Below, one piece after another: positions 55,362 through 64,000 of a DNA stretch of 64,000 nucleotides. Each line of letters starts with the position of its first letter. Positions within the stretch are counted from its first letter, which is position 1. This stretch comes from Planctomycetota bacterium (GTDB lineage: Bacteria; Planctomycetota; UBA8108; UBA1146), in NCBI GenBank assembly GCA_012960845.1, contig DUAN01000189.1, positions 2,942 to 66,941 on the forward strand. The letters run 5' to 3'. The position numbers and the translations under genes are program-made. The notes under the pieces were generated by a model, which was not told the DNA's origin, made no database searches, and saw only the letters and a program-made list of their open reading frames with translations.

Positions 55362-58168
55362 TGCATGACGATTCCGGCAACGCAACCTGTCATCAGCGCC
55401 GCGACGGTGCCCCCGACCAGTGCTCTCAATCCCAAGGAGGAGAGTCGCGGTCGCAAGGAAGGCTCGAGCGACGAGATTCCACCGATCTGGATCGCCACAC
55501 TGGCAAAATTGGCGAAGCCACAGAGGGCATAGGTGGTGATGGCGCGAGAGCGATCACTGAGAGTGTCGACCCCGGAGAGTTCGATAAAGGCCACGAACTC
55601 GTTGAGCACCGTCTTCATTCCGATCAGCGAAGCGACCGCTGGCACATCCTTGAAGTCGACCCCCAGCAACCAGGCAAATGGATAGAAGATCCAACCGAAG
55701 ACATCTTGCAGGTTGAAGTAGGGTGATTCCGCCAGCACGGCGTGATCTCCCTGGCTCACCATATTTACCAAGGAGAGTGCCCAGTAGGAGATGTGCTGGG
55801 TCAACCAGGCGAGCGACGCATTGGCCAGTGCCACGATGGCCACGAATGCGATCAACATCGCGATGACATTGAGTGCCAGGATCAACCCTTCACTGGTTCC
55901 TCGACAGGCAGCATCGAGCAGATTGGAGTCGGAACGGTGGATCTCCAGTTTGGCTGCAGTGGGGTCACCTAGTTCCTTCTTCTCGGGGACCATCAACTTG
56001 GCCGCCACCAAGGCCGCAGGCGCCGACATGAAACTGGCCGCCAGCAGGTGACCGGCGTCAATTCCAAGACTGACATAGGCGGCAAAGACACTCCCCGCCA
56101 CGGTCGCCATACCTCCTGTCATCAATGCCATCACCTCGGAGTTGGTCATCTTTTTCAGGTAGGGACGGATCACCAGTGGCGCCTCGGTCTGTCCGGCGAA
56201 GATGTTGGCCGCAGCGGCGAGAGATTCAGGACCACTGGTCTTCATCGTCATCTGCATCAAACGAGCGATCAGCCACACGACGATCTGCAGCAATCCGATG
56301 TGATAGAAGATCGCCATCAATGCCGAGACGAAGATGATGGTCCCGAGCAAGACGATCCACAGCTGGAATCCAACACCGGTCGCCGACGACAAGGTGCCGA
56401 AGACCATGGCGGTCCCGACCTGGGAGAAGTCGAGGATCCCCTGAAAGATCTCCTTGGCAGCAGAGGTGAAGGAAGTGCCCCAATCGGTTCGCAGGATCAC
56501 CAACGCCAGCAGCAGTTGCAGCCCCACCCCCCAGTACACCGTACGCCAGCGAACTTCATTACGACGGGTCGAAATCGCCCAGCAGAGTGTGACCAGAACC
56601 AGCAGGCCCAGCAGACTGCGGGCACGATCGAGCCAGTGGGCCCCCCCTGCTCCATCGGCCGATGATGAGAGGTAAACCTCCTCCTGGATGGAGGCATAGA
56701 TCCGATCGGCGGAGTCCGCCTTCTCCAGCGCCCGCTCGGTCGCTTCCAGCACCGACAATCCACCATCCTCCCTGGGAGCGGCCGCTAGCAGATCCCAGCC
56801 ATCCCCGCCGCTGGCAAGGTAATCGTTGGTGGCGATGCGAAATTGCTGTTGATCGGTAATCGGGGCGCCCTGGAGAAGGATCTGTTCGACTTCGACCGGA
56901 CCTCCGTCCGCCTCCGCCACCTGCACCCGAATGCCGTGGAAGTCGACTCCTCTTCCCTCGGTGGTGAGCGACTGGACGACCAGTTGCTTCAACTGCTTGC
57001 CGGTCAAGGTCACCACGGTCACGCGATTGCCAAAGGGCGAGATCTCGAAGAGATCGCGGTACAGCACCTCTCCAGAAGGCAAGTCGTCACGGATTCCACC
57101 ATGATTGTGGAAGGATGCGGAGACACCTGCCGCTTCCGCCATCGAATCACAGATCCAGCGACCCAGTGGCGAGGAGAACGCTCCACTCTCCTTGTGCCCC
57201 CCACTGTGTAAAGCCTCCGGGGATTCTCCCACCTTGCGATTCATCTTCTCGCCGACCGTGGCATTCACCGCAGCGAGCAGAGATTTCAATTTCGGATCGG
57301 TCGCAACGGAGAGGGCTTCGACAGCCACCACCGACGTGGAAACGGTGACGGACTTGCCCTTGCGTGAGAATTCGATGCGCCCGAGATGGCGAGTCTTGGC
57401 TCCGACCTGGGCTACCACCGTGCCATGCACTGGTTCCACCCATGGTGGATCGACCAGGGTATGGGAGTGCCCGCCGACGATGAGGTCGATACCCTCGACT
57501 TCTCCGGCGAGCGGTCTTTCCAGCTTCACTCCGCTATGAGAGAGCACCACCAGCAGATCGGCGCCCTGTTGCCGGAGGCGATCTCTCGCCTTTCTCACCG
57601 CGTCGGCCAGCGGCGCCACCTGTAACTTTTTGCCCACCGCAGGAGCGATGATGTTGGGCGCATCCGGTGTCAAGATTCCGATCAACCCGACCCGAAAGCC
57701 ACCGCGCTCGATGATGTGGTCGCGCAGTAGCACCTGTTGAAGGCGTCCCGAAGACTCGGTCACATTCGATGCGATCACCGGAATGGACGTGGCATTGATC
57801 AGATTCAGCAAATTGTCGATGCCATAATCGAAATCGTGGTTGCCCAGGGTCGTGGCATCGAACTGGAGGCACTCCATCGCTCGGATCATCTGAAGGCCGC
57901 CGTCGCTGGCGCCTTCTGGAGTACCCTGGAACCAGTCGCCAGCGTCGAGCAGCAATACATTCTCGCTACCCACCTCATCGCGTACCGACGAGACCAGTTG
58001 GCTCAACCCGGCCATTCCACCACTGAGATTCTCGCCACTTTTTCGAGGGAGCAACTGTCCATGCATGTCGTTGACGTGCAGTACCACCAGATGATCATCG
58101 GCCTGAACAAATACAGCGCACCAGAGACTGATCAGCACCAGCCAGCCTTGAATCGATCGCAAGATCAT
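55358..58168 (-). CDS. fusion protein: secreted 5'-nucleotidase/UshA-like metallophosphatase (N-terminal ~510 aa) + NupC/concentrative nucleoside transporter (C-terminal ~420 aa)
   Basis: Signal peptide; VLHVNDMHG, GGHSHT, 5'-nucleotidase C-domain NHGGIRDDL; then CNT motifs (FYPFAWLLGV, SNEFVAF, CGFANFASVAIQIGGISSLEP) with multiple TM helices in one ORF. Confidence 0.8.
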   Translation of the reverse strand: MILRSIQGWLVLISLWCAVFVQADDHLVVLHVNDMHGQLLPRKSGENLSGGMAGLSQLVSSVRDEVGSENVLLLDAGDWFQGTPEGASDGGLQMIRAMECLQFDATTLGNHDFDYGIDNLLNLINATSIPVIASNVTESSGRLQQVLLRDHIIERGGFRVGLIGILTPDAPNIIAPAVGKKLQVAPLADAVRKARDRLRQQGADLLVVLSHSGVKLERPLAGEVEGIDLIVGGHSHTLVDPPWVEPVHGTVVAQVGAKTRHLGRIEFSRKGKSVTVSTSVVAVEALSVATDPKLKSLLAAVNATVGEKMNRKVGESPEALHSGGHKESGAFSSPLGRWICDSMAEAAGVSASFHNHGGIRDDLPSGEVLYRDLFEISPFGNRVTVVTLTGKQLKQLVVQSLTTEGRGVDFHGIRVQVAEADGGPVEVEQILLQGAPITDQQQFRIATNDYLASGGDGWDLLAAAPREDGGLSVLEATERALEKADSADRIYASIQEEVYLSSSADGAGGAHWLDRARSLLGLLVLVTLCWAISTRRNEVRWRTVYWGVGLQLLLALVILRTDWGTSFTSAAKEIFQGILDFSQVGTAMVFGTLSSATGVGFQLWIVLLGTIIFVSALMAIFYHIGLLQIVVWLIARLMQMTMKTSGPESLAAAANIFAGQTEAPLVIRPYLKKMTNSEVMALMTGGMATVAGSVFAAYVSLGIDAGHLLAASFMSAPAALVAAKLMVPEKKELGDPTAAKLEIHRSDSNLLDAACRGTSEGLILALNVIAMLIAFVAIVALANASLAWLTQHISYWALSLVNMVSQGDHAVLAESPYFNLQDVFGWIFYPFAWLLGVDFKDVPAVASLIGMKTVLNEFVAFIELSGVDTLSDRSRAITTYALCGFANFASVAIQIGGISSLEPSLRPRLSSLGLRALVGGTVAALMTGCVAGIVMQ

Positions 58169-58291
58169 GCCACCTCTATTTCCACCTGGAGAATTGCTGG
58201 AGAGGATAGCGGAACAATCCTCGTCTGGACAGCGGGAGCCCTTGCAACCGACCCCTGCTTTCCTTCATGATCTGAGCAAAGGAGAGTCATC

Positions 58292-59695
58292 ATGGACCCA
58301 GTGGAACTTCCCGAGCGAATCTTCAGAACCTATGACATCCGTGGCATCGTTGGAGAAGACCTGACCGAGGAGATCGTCGAACGGATCGGACTCGGTCTGG
58401 GCCAATTACTCTCCTCCGAGGGGAGCCGCTCTGTCGCCGTCGGCCACGATATCCGCGATTCCAGTGCGCCCTTTGCCGCGCGAGTCCGAGATGGCCTGCT
58501 GAAAGCTGGACTCGATGTCATCGAGGTGGGAGAGGTTCCGACTCCCTTGCTCTACTGGGCGGTCCAGCACCTGGGTGCCGATGGTGGAGTGATGATCACC
58601 GGCAGCCACAATCCGGTCGAGTACAACGGACTGAAGATCACCCGCGGTGTGATGCCGATCTGGGGGGATGAACTGCAGACTCTTCGCAACATCGCCAACG
58701 CTGCTCGTGCGGTCGAGACTCCAGGCCAGGCGACTTCCGCCGAGGTGATCCAGCCTTACATCGCCAACCGGACCGAGCGCTTCCAGTTCCCCGACGGATT
58801 CAAGGTCGCCATCGATTGCGGCAATGGCACGGCAGGACCGGTCGCCATTCCACTCTTTGAAGCACTCGGGATCGAGGTGGACGCCCTTTACCCCGAGCCG
58901 GATGGTACCTTTCCCAATCACCTTCCCGACCCGGAAGTTCCTCGCTACATGAAGAACCTATGTGACAAGGTTGCGGCTGGAGATTTCCAGTGTGGCTTCG
59001 GCTTCGACGGTGACTCCGATCGAGTCGGAGTGATCGATGAGAAGGGCAGGAAAAGATCCGCTGACCATCTGCTGGTCGCCTTCGCTCGACACCTGCTCGC
59101 CCAGGTCCCCGGTGGCAAGATCATCTACGATGTCAAATGCTCCGACTACTTGCCCGAGCTGATCGAAAAAGCCGGAGGAGTACCGATACTCAGCAAAACG
59201 GGCCACTCCATCATCAAGGAAAAGATGAAGGAGACGGGAGCGATTCTCGCAGGCGAACTGTCGGGGCACATCTGTGTGAAACACGGTGGAGATGGCTTCG
59301 ATGACGCCTTCTTTGCCGCCTTACTGACACTCGAGATCATCGCTTCTCAGGGCGGCCAATGTTCCGACCTGTTCGACGGGATCCCCGAGATGGAGGCGAC
59401 CCCGGAGGTCAAGATTCCAGTCTCGGAAGCACACAAGTTCCAGGTGATCGCTGCGCTGGTTGAGCAATTCCGGGATGATTCCTGCGGCGGTACCCTGATC
59501 GATCTCGATGGAGTCCGGCTCTCCTTCGACGATGGTTGGATGTTGATCCGTGCATCCAATACGACGGCCAATTTGACGGTTCGAGTCGAAGGAGTCGACA
59601 ACGACGCACTGCAACGAATCGGGTCGATCGTCCGCCAGGCGCTCGAGTCGCACCCGGTCGATCTCGACCAGTTGACCGAGGCGCTCGAATCCTGA
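58292..59695 (+). CDS. phosphomannomutase/phosphoglucomutase (alpha-D-phosphohexomutase superfamily)
   Basis: Active-site TGSHNP motif, four-domain length; AAAGGAGAG RBS. Confidence 0.85.
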   Translation: MDPVELPERIFRTYDIRGIVGEDLTEEIVERIGLGLGQLLSSEGSRSVAVGHDIRDSSAPFAARVRDGLLKAGLDVIEVGEVPTPLLYWAVQHLGADGGVMITGSHNPVEYNGLKITRGVMPIWGDELQTLRNIANAARAVETPGQATSAEVIQPYIANRTERFQFPDGFKVAIDCGNGTAGPVAIPLFEALGIEVDALYPEPDGTFPNHLPDPEVPRYMKNLCDKVAAGDFQCGFGFDGDSDRVGVIDEKGRKRSADHLLVAFARHLLAQVPGGKIIYDVKCSDYLPELIEKAGGVPILSKTGHSIIKEKMKETGAILAGELSGHICVKHGGDGFDDAFFAALLTLEIIASQGGQCSDLFDGIPEMEATPEVKIPVSEAHKFQVIAALVEQFRDDSCGGTLIDLDGVRLSFDDGWMLIRASNTTANLTVRVEGVDNDALQRIGSIVRQALESHPVDLDQLTEALES

Positions 59696-59705
59696 CCCCA
59701 CCCCA

Positions 59706-59760
59706 GGGAATAGCGGGCCCCGCTCCAGTTCAGCGCTGGCCCGAGGTTTTTTGCTTTCGA
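59706..59760 (+). terminator. putative bidirectional intrinsic terminator (GC-rich stem CGGGCC...GGCCCG followed by TTTTTTGCTTT)
   Basis: Inverted repeats and T-run read directly after the PMM stop codon; overlaps end of convergent gene. Confidence 0.35.
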
Positions 59761-60662
59761 GCCACTCGCCACTTCTGGAAGCACTCCCGCTGGTCGAAGA
59801 AGAGCCAGTCCCCCTGCCGGGTTCGCGCCCGGGCAGCGGATGCTTCTCGTTCGACTTGCTGACCACAGATCGGGCAATGGACGAAAGCACTCTCTTCCAG
59901 TTTCTCGCATCCAGCGGGGACATCGAACAAGGAAGCAGGCACCGATCGTCGATCCCATTGGGTGACCTTGAAGGTGAGTGGATGCGACAATGTCGCAGTC
60001 ACCACATGTATGACGCCCTCCAGAGGAAGCCCTTCGATCTTCTCCAGTGCGCCCTGGACCTCGGCTCCGAAAGCACCACTGGCGCGGTGAAACTTGGCCA
60101 GAGGAAAGGGCACCTCGAGGTCCGCCACCAGTAAATCAGTGATCAATCGATCATTTTCGTAGATCCGAACCGACCGAACCGGAAGGCCCAATCGCTGTTC
60201 AGTGGTTTCTGACTGCTCGACGCGAATTTCCCGGATCAGTTCGCCACTCTTCGACAGTCGCAGGTGGCTCGCCTTCAATAGTTGCTCTCGCTCGGCCGTG
60301 GGAAGAACTCTACTGCGCTGCTCCAGCTGTTTCTCCTGGATCCATCGATCCTTCTGGATCCGCCCGAGATCGGAGCTTTCCCGATAGACGGAACGGTCCG
60401 CGGAAATCTCTCTCAACAGCGGCTGATCCCCATCGAGACGCAAGATGGTGAGCAGGCCACGCTGCCGGTCTTCCAGCAGTACACGATCGGAAGCCAGCAC
60501 CATCTGCTGCATCTCTGTTTGCTGATCGGGACGACCGGGTCGTCCGGAGATTTCCTGCAAGATGATCATCGCCTCCAGGCGAGACGGGGTGGTCTCCGTT
60601 TCCTGAGGAACAGGATCCTGCGACAGGATCGACATCCATAGCGAAAGGGCTAGCAGATTCAT
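59730..60662 (-). CDS. hypothetical secreted protein with C-terminal CPICG zinc-finger-like motif
   Basis: N-terminal hydrophobic signal LLALSLWMSIL; no recognisable domain. Confidence 0.45.
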   Translation of the reverse strand: MNLLALSLWMSILSQDPVPQETETTPSRLEAMIILQEISGRPGRPDQQTEMQQMVLASDRVLLEDRQRGLLTILRLDGDQPLLREISADRSVYRESSDLGRIQKDRWIQEKQLEQRSRVLPTAEREQLLKASHLRLSKSGELIREIRVEQSETTEQRLGLPVRSVRIYENDRLITDLLVADLEVPFPLAKFHRASGAFGAEVQGALEKIEGLPLEGVIHVVTATLSHPLTFKVTQWDRRSVPASLFDVPAGCEKLEESAFVHCPICGQQVEREASAARARTRQGDWLFFDQRECFQKWRVARKQKTSGQR

Positions 60663-61792
60663 GTGCCATTCTCCTCGGCCAGTATTTTCCAGGACAGCGC
60701 CGGAAACGCATCGTTGCCAGGTGACAAATCGACACCGTGACCTGATCTCTGTTCATCCAGGGTAACGGATCCTCCATCGAATTCGATCCCACCGACAAAA
60801 GGATGCTCCCGGATGAACAGCGGTGTGTCGAGATCGATCCAGCGCACCCCACCGAGTCCCCGGGCCAGGTGTGCTGAGAAAGACATCGAGAGCAGTGACT
60901 CGACCATCCCGCCCATCATCAGCGAGATCCCTGCGGCGGTGGCGATCTGGTGGATTCGAATCGCTTCCAGCACGCCGCACTTCTGCGTCTTGATATTGAT
61001 GACATTGGCCAGTCGGTGCTGAACGATTCGCATCGCATCGGCAGCACTCTTGCACGATTCATCGGCACAGATCGCCACCTGACCGAGGGCGGTCAATCGA
61101 GCCATTCCCGCCTCGTCCTCCTGTGGCACCGGTTGTTCCAGCATATCGATCGGGATTCGCTCGGCGAGAGCCTTCTCGATCAGTTGCTGCGCCTCGGCCG
61201 CCTCGTAGCCACCGTTGGCATCGAGTACCAGTCCACAGTCGGGTGCCGCACGAGAGATCATCTCGAGTCGCTGCAGATCGTGATCGAGACCGTCGCGCCC
61301 CACCTTGATCTTGAGTGTCTTGAATCCAGCGGCGCTCGCTTCGCTGGCGGATCGAGACGCGTGGTCGAGATCTCCGGCGACGATGGTCAGATCGGTGACG
61401 AGAGAAGCGTTGGCTGAGCCAACAAAGCGATGGAGCGGACACTGCTGCTGACGAGTGAATCCATCGAGCGCCGCCATCTCGAGGGCACAAAGGGCGCTCG
61501 AGGAACCCGGAGCCGCCTCGATGGTGGTCTGTTGAATTTGATGAGAAAGGAGAGGGTCCAGTCCGATCAGAGCAGGTGCGGCTGTCGCCAATGCCTCCAG
61601 CGCTGCAGTCCGTGTCTGGCCATCGTAGGCGGGGAAGGGGGCCGCCTCACCAAGCCCCACCGTCCCATCCGACAGTTCCATTCGCACCAGGGTCAGATCG
61701 ACTCGACTCGATTCGCCACCAGAGATGGCGAATGGCTCCTTCAGTTGAAGATCGAGGGGAGCAGCCTCGATCTTGACGATGCGCCGGCTCAT
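60659..61792 (-). CDS. enolase-superfamily enzyme (mandelate racemase/muconate lactonizing enzyme subgroup; dipeptide epimerase/OSBS-like)
   Basis: KIKVG, LVLDANGG, EQP, ADESC, IDLD metal-ligand motif series. Confidence 0.75.
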   Translation of the reverse strand: MSRRIVKIEAAPLDLQLKEPFAISGGESSRVDLTLVRMELSDGTVGLGEAAPFPAYDGQTRTAALEALATAAPALIGLDPLLSHQIQQTTIEAAPGSSSALCALEMAALDGFTRQQQCPLHRFVGSANASLVTDLTIVAGDLDHASRSASEASAAGFKTLKIKVGRDGLDHDLQRLEMISRAAPDCGLVLDANGGYEAAEAQQLIEKALAERIPIDMLEQPVPQEDEAGMARLTALGQVAICADESCKSAADAMRIVQHRLANVINIKTQKCGVLEAIRIHQIATAAGISLMMGGMVESLLSMSFSAHLARGLGGVRWIDLDTPLFIREHPFVGGIEFDGGSVTLDEQRSGHGVDLSPGNDAFPALSWKILAEENGT

Positions 61793-63030
61793 TGCGATAC
61801 CCAGGCCCCGTTCACCAGCAATGGCACCTCGTCGCCGGAAGTGGTGACAGCGGTCACATTTACCTCCTCGTTACTGATCATCATGTCGGTATGAGCGGTC
61901 GAAGAATTCCAACCGATCGCCTCCAACTGCTCGGGAGTCATCTCCACTCCACCTTCGAGACAGGTCTTGTAGGCATTGCCTACCGCAACATGACAGGCAG
62001 CATTCTCATCGAGCAGGATTTCGCGGAATACATGGCCGCTCTGAAATACCGGTGAATCGATACCCACCAGCGCCACCTCGCCCAGTCGCCTCGCCCCGGG
62101 ATCGCTGTCGATGTAGGAGCGGAAGGTCTCGCCACCATTCTGTGCGCTGAAGTCGCTCAGAACTCCATCTTTGAACTCGATGGTGAGCCCCTCCACCAGG
62201 GTCCCGTTGACCAGAAACGGTCTCGTCACCTGTGCGGTGCCCTCGGTCATGCGGTAATCGGGAGTGGTGAATACCTCTTCCGTGGGAAGATTGGGAATGA
62301 ACTCTTGACCTCTTTGACTGATGGCACCACCGCCTTCGAAGCGAGCGGCCTGCGAAAGCCCAACGGTCAGATCAGTTCCCGGCCCGTTGAACCGCAACCG
62401 TTCAATCTTCAGTTCATTGAGTGCTTTTCCACGACTCTTGAGCTGGCGATTGTGCTCTTCCCACGCGCCAAGACAATCTTCCCGATCAGCCCGTACGATG
62501 GTCAGGAGTTGTTTCCAGAGTTCGTCCCTGGCGGCAACTCCATCGAGATGATCGAAGATCGATTCCGCCCAGCCGATGGTCGCCGCAGAGGCGACACACC
62601 ATTGCACTGCAGATCTTCCAATTCCATCATCATAAAAGCGTGTAGCGGCCTTGTGCCCGGCGATACGACAGCGATTGATTCGATCCGCATCGAGACCAGA
62701 AAGAGCTTCAGGATCGGAAGTACCGACCAGCCGCAACATCGCTCCCTGCTCCTCCACCGCCTCATCAAAGCGGACCGGTAAACTGCGGGGAATATGGTCG
62801 AGGAACTCTTCCTGTTGCGAATGCAAGATGCGGGAGCGTTGGATCCGATCGTCTCCCAGGTCGACATGAACAAATCGTGCCCCCGCCTGGTAAGCCGCCT
62901 CCACCACCTTGATGGCAAAATCTCTCGATTCAGCGTCCGCACCCAGATAAAGCGATTGCCCCGGCTGGATGTTGCAGCCTTTTCGGATGATCAACTCGGC
63001 GTAACGTTCCAGGGCCACTTCATGGTTCAT
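61789..63030 (-). CDS. aminopeptidase, peptidase M29 (AmpS/PepS family); start at MNHEVALERYAELIIRKG with GGAGG SD (longer ORF would run through tRNA-Pro)
   Basis: N-terminal YAELIIRKGCNIQPGQSL motif typical of M29; length ~410 aa. Confidence 0.8.
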   Translation of the reverse strand: MNHEVALERYAELIIRKGCNIQPGQSLYLGADAESRDFAIKVVEAAYQAGARFVHVDLGDDRIQRSRILHSQQEEFLDHIPRSLPVRFDEAVEEQGAMLRLVGTSDPEALSGLDADRINRCRIAGHKAATRFYDDGIGRSAVQWCVASAATIGWAESIFDHLDGVAARDELWKQLLTIVRADREDCLGAWEEHNRQLKSRGKALNELKIERLRFNGPGTDLTVGLSQAARFEGGGAISQRGQEFIPNLPTEEVFTTPDYRMTEGTAQVTRPFLVNGTLVEGLTIEFKDGVLSDFSAQNGGETFRSYIDSDPGARRLGEVALVGIDSPVFQSGHVFREILLDENAACHVAVGNAYKTCLEGGVEMTPEQLEAIGWNSSTAHTDMMISNEEVNVTAVTTSGDEVPLLVNGAWVSQ

Positions 63031-63122
63031 TCGAAGACCTCCACTTTCCGGATTCAAAAAAGGTAACCGATGGTCTGCCCCAGCGGGAGGCTGCAAAAGA
63101 TAATGGACCAGGAGGTGAAGCA

Positions 63123-63145
63123 GCCGTGCAGCCTTGCTGCACGGC
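63123..63145 (-). terminator. 9-bp stem-loop (GCCGTGCAG-CCTTG-CTGCACGGC) just 3' of tRNA-Pro
   Basis: Perfect inverted repeat read directly. Confidence 0.4.
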
Positions 63146-63155
63146 CGAAGATTAT

Positions 63156-63232
63156 TGGTCGGGGTGAGAGGATTTGAACCTCCGGCCTCCACGTCCCGAA
63201 CGTGGCGCTCTACCAAACTGAGCCACACCCCG
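63156..63232 (-). tRNA. tRNA-Pro (anticodon CGG), CCA encoded
   Basis: Minus-strand cloverleaf: acceptor CGGGGTG/CACCCCG, D-arm GCTC-AGTTTGGTA-GAGC, anticodon stem CCACG/CGTGG loop TTCGGGA, T-arm GGAGG-TTCAAAT-CCTCT, ACCA 3' end. Confidence 0.9.
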
Positions 63233-63444
63233 ATTATTTCATCGCTGATCGTCTTGCAACGCTGGTGCCCACCGCAGTCGAAACAGGGCTGGCCAGGAAG
63301 GATACAGGGTGGTCACAGAAGGGTCAATCTGACCGTCAGCCTTGTTCAGGACAGGGCACCAACGGCTCGCGACGAGGCTTCACCGGCGATTCGCCGGGGC
63401 CACCTCGAAGGTTGCGAAGGGTTTTGGTGAGGATCGGCTGACGA

Positions 63445-64000
63445 TCAGGGGTTGCAGCCGTAGCCGTTCGCCTGGTCCGGATCGAGACCCGCTTCCGGGA
63501 AGGGGGCCAGCGGCATCGGGCCACTGCGGAACAGATACGTGACGATGTAGATCGGATCTGCCAGATCGATCAGGGCGTCGCCATTGACCTCGCCCGCCTC
63601 CAGGCAGGCGGGAGCATCTCCGCCAGAAAAGAGGTAATAGGCCAGATACATCGCATCCCCGATGTCGAGTTGACTATCGCCATTGACCACTCCACGGATA
63701 AATCCGTAGGTAAAGGCTCCCGGCAATGTCGCCTCTCCCAGTGAATTGGCGACTCGAACATCGACCGCGCCGATGCCACTGATCGATGGCGGCAACAGAC
63801 CGGTCACGGTGTTGTCGTCGACCACGACCAGATCCAGCAGAACCACGCCGTCGATGGTGACCTCGGTATCGGACGCCGCGAGGAATCCAGATCCCGTCAC
63901 CTGTATGGCGATTCCACCCAGGTAGTGCCCGACCGTCGGAGAGACCCCCTCGGCGGTGACCGGGATGATCGAGGTGGTACAGATGGCGCTGACCACTTCA
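63445..64000 (-). CDS. 5'-partial secreted protein: IPT/TIG domain followed by the C-terminal dockerin-like module (N-terminus beyond window end)
   Basis: TEVTIDGVVLLDLVVVDDNTVTGLLPP IPT-like strand pattern; C-terminal VNGDSQLDIGDAMYLAYYLF...NGDALIDLADPIYIVTYLFRSGPMPLAPFPEAG...C. Confidence 0.6.
   Translation of the reverse strand, partial: EVVSAICTTSIIPVTAEGVSPTVGHYLGGIAIQVTGSGFLAASDTEVTIDGVVLLDLVVVDDNTVTGLLPPSISGIGAVDVRVANSLGEATLPGAFTYGFIRGVVNGDSQLDIGDAMYLAYYLFSGGDAPACLEAGEVNGDALIDLADPIYIVTYLFRSGPMPLAPFPEAGLDPDQANGYGCNP

Noticed and set aside
61789-63228. Long form of the M29 aminopeptidase ORF
   Set aside because: Its first 66 codons run through tRNA-Pro (the phrase GGSNPLTPT is the tRNA read as protein); true start at the MNHEVALERY Met with GGAGG SD

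Overview
This 64-kb window is high-GC, densely coding bacterial chromosome, with about 50 protein genes and two tRNAs. Giant proteins, dockerin-like secreted beta-propeller proteins and abundant signal peptides suggest a Planctomycetota-like genome, but that is inference. I found no transposases, integrases or CRISPR arrays. Coordinates here and in the feature list are approximate to about +/-1 nt near 53.5 kb, where my reading of the sequence disagrees with the ORF table by one base.

The left 13 kb holds two secreted-protein genes (one HEAT/VWA protein), a putative glycoside hydrolase, trkA/trkH-like K+ uptake genes, tRNA-Arg(CCG), an apaH-like phosphatase, a NYN/LOTUS protein, two secreted beta-propeller proteins with a dockerin-like C-terminal module, and holA.

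The centre (13.8-33.0 kb, all minus strand, genes overlapping by 1-37 nt) is the notable part. It is a single apparent operon encoding, in transcription order: a sigma-54 enhancer-binding protein with FHA+GAF inputs, a double-FHA membrane protein, a GspL-like and a GspM-like assembly protein, a small membrane protein, a secreted TPR protein, a GspG-like major pseudopilin, a GspH-like pseudopilin fused to a LamG-like domain, a 1913-aa GspK-like giant, then GspJ-like and GspI-like pseudopilins. No secretin, ATPase, platform protein or prepilin peptidase is in the window. I read this as a divergent, possibly undescribed type II secretion/type IV pilus-like fibre system under Ser/Thr-phosphorylation (FHA) and sigma-54 control.

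The right half is mostly housekeeping on the minus strand: dacB, an M19 dipeptidase, an amidohydrolase, pnp-rpsO with a structured leader, ruvX, a mannose-1-P guanylyltransferase, a J-domain protein, dtd, ymdB-rny, and an SH3b protein. It also holds a nucleoside-salvage cluster (udp, a purine nucleoside phosphorylase, and a 5'-nucleotidase fused to a NupC transporter), a phosphomannomutase, an enolase-superfamily enzyme, an M29 aminopeptidase, tRNA-Pro(CGG), and a 5'-partial IPT/dockerin-like gene running off the window end.
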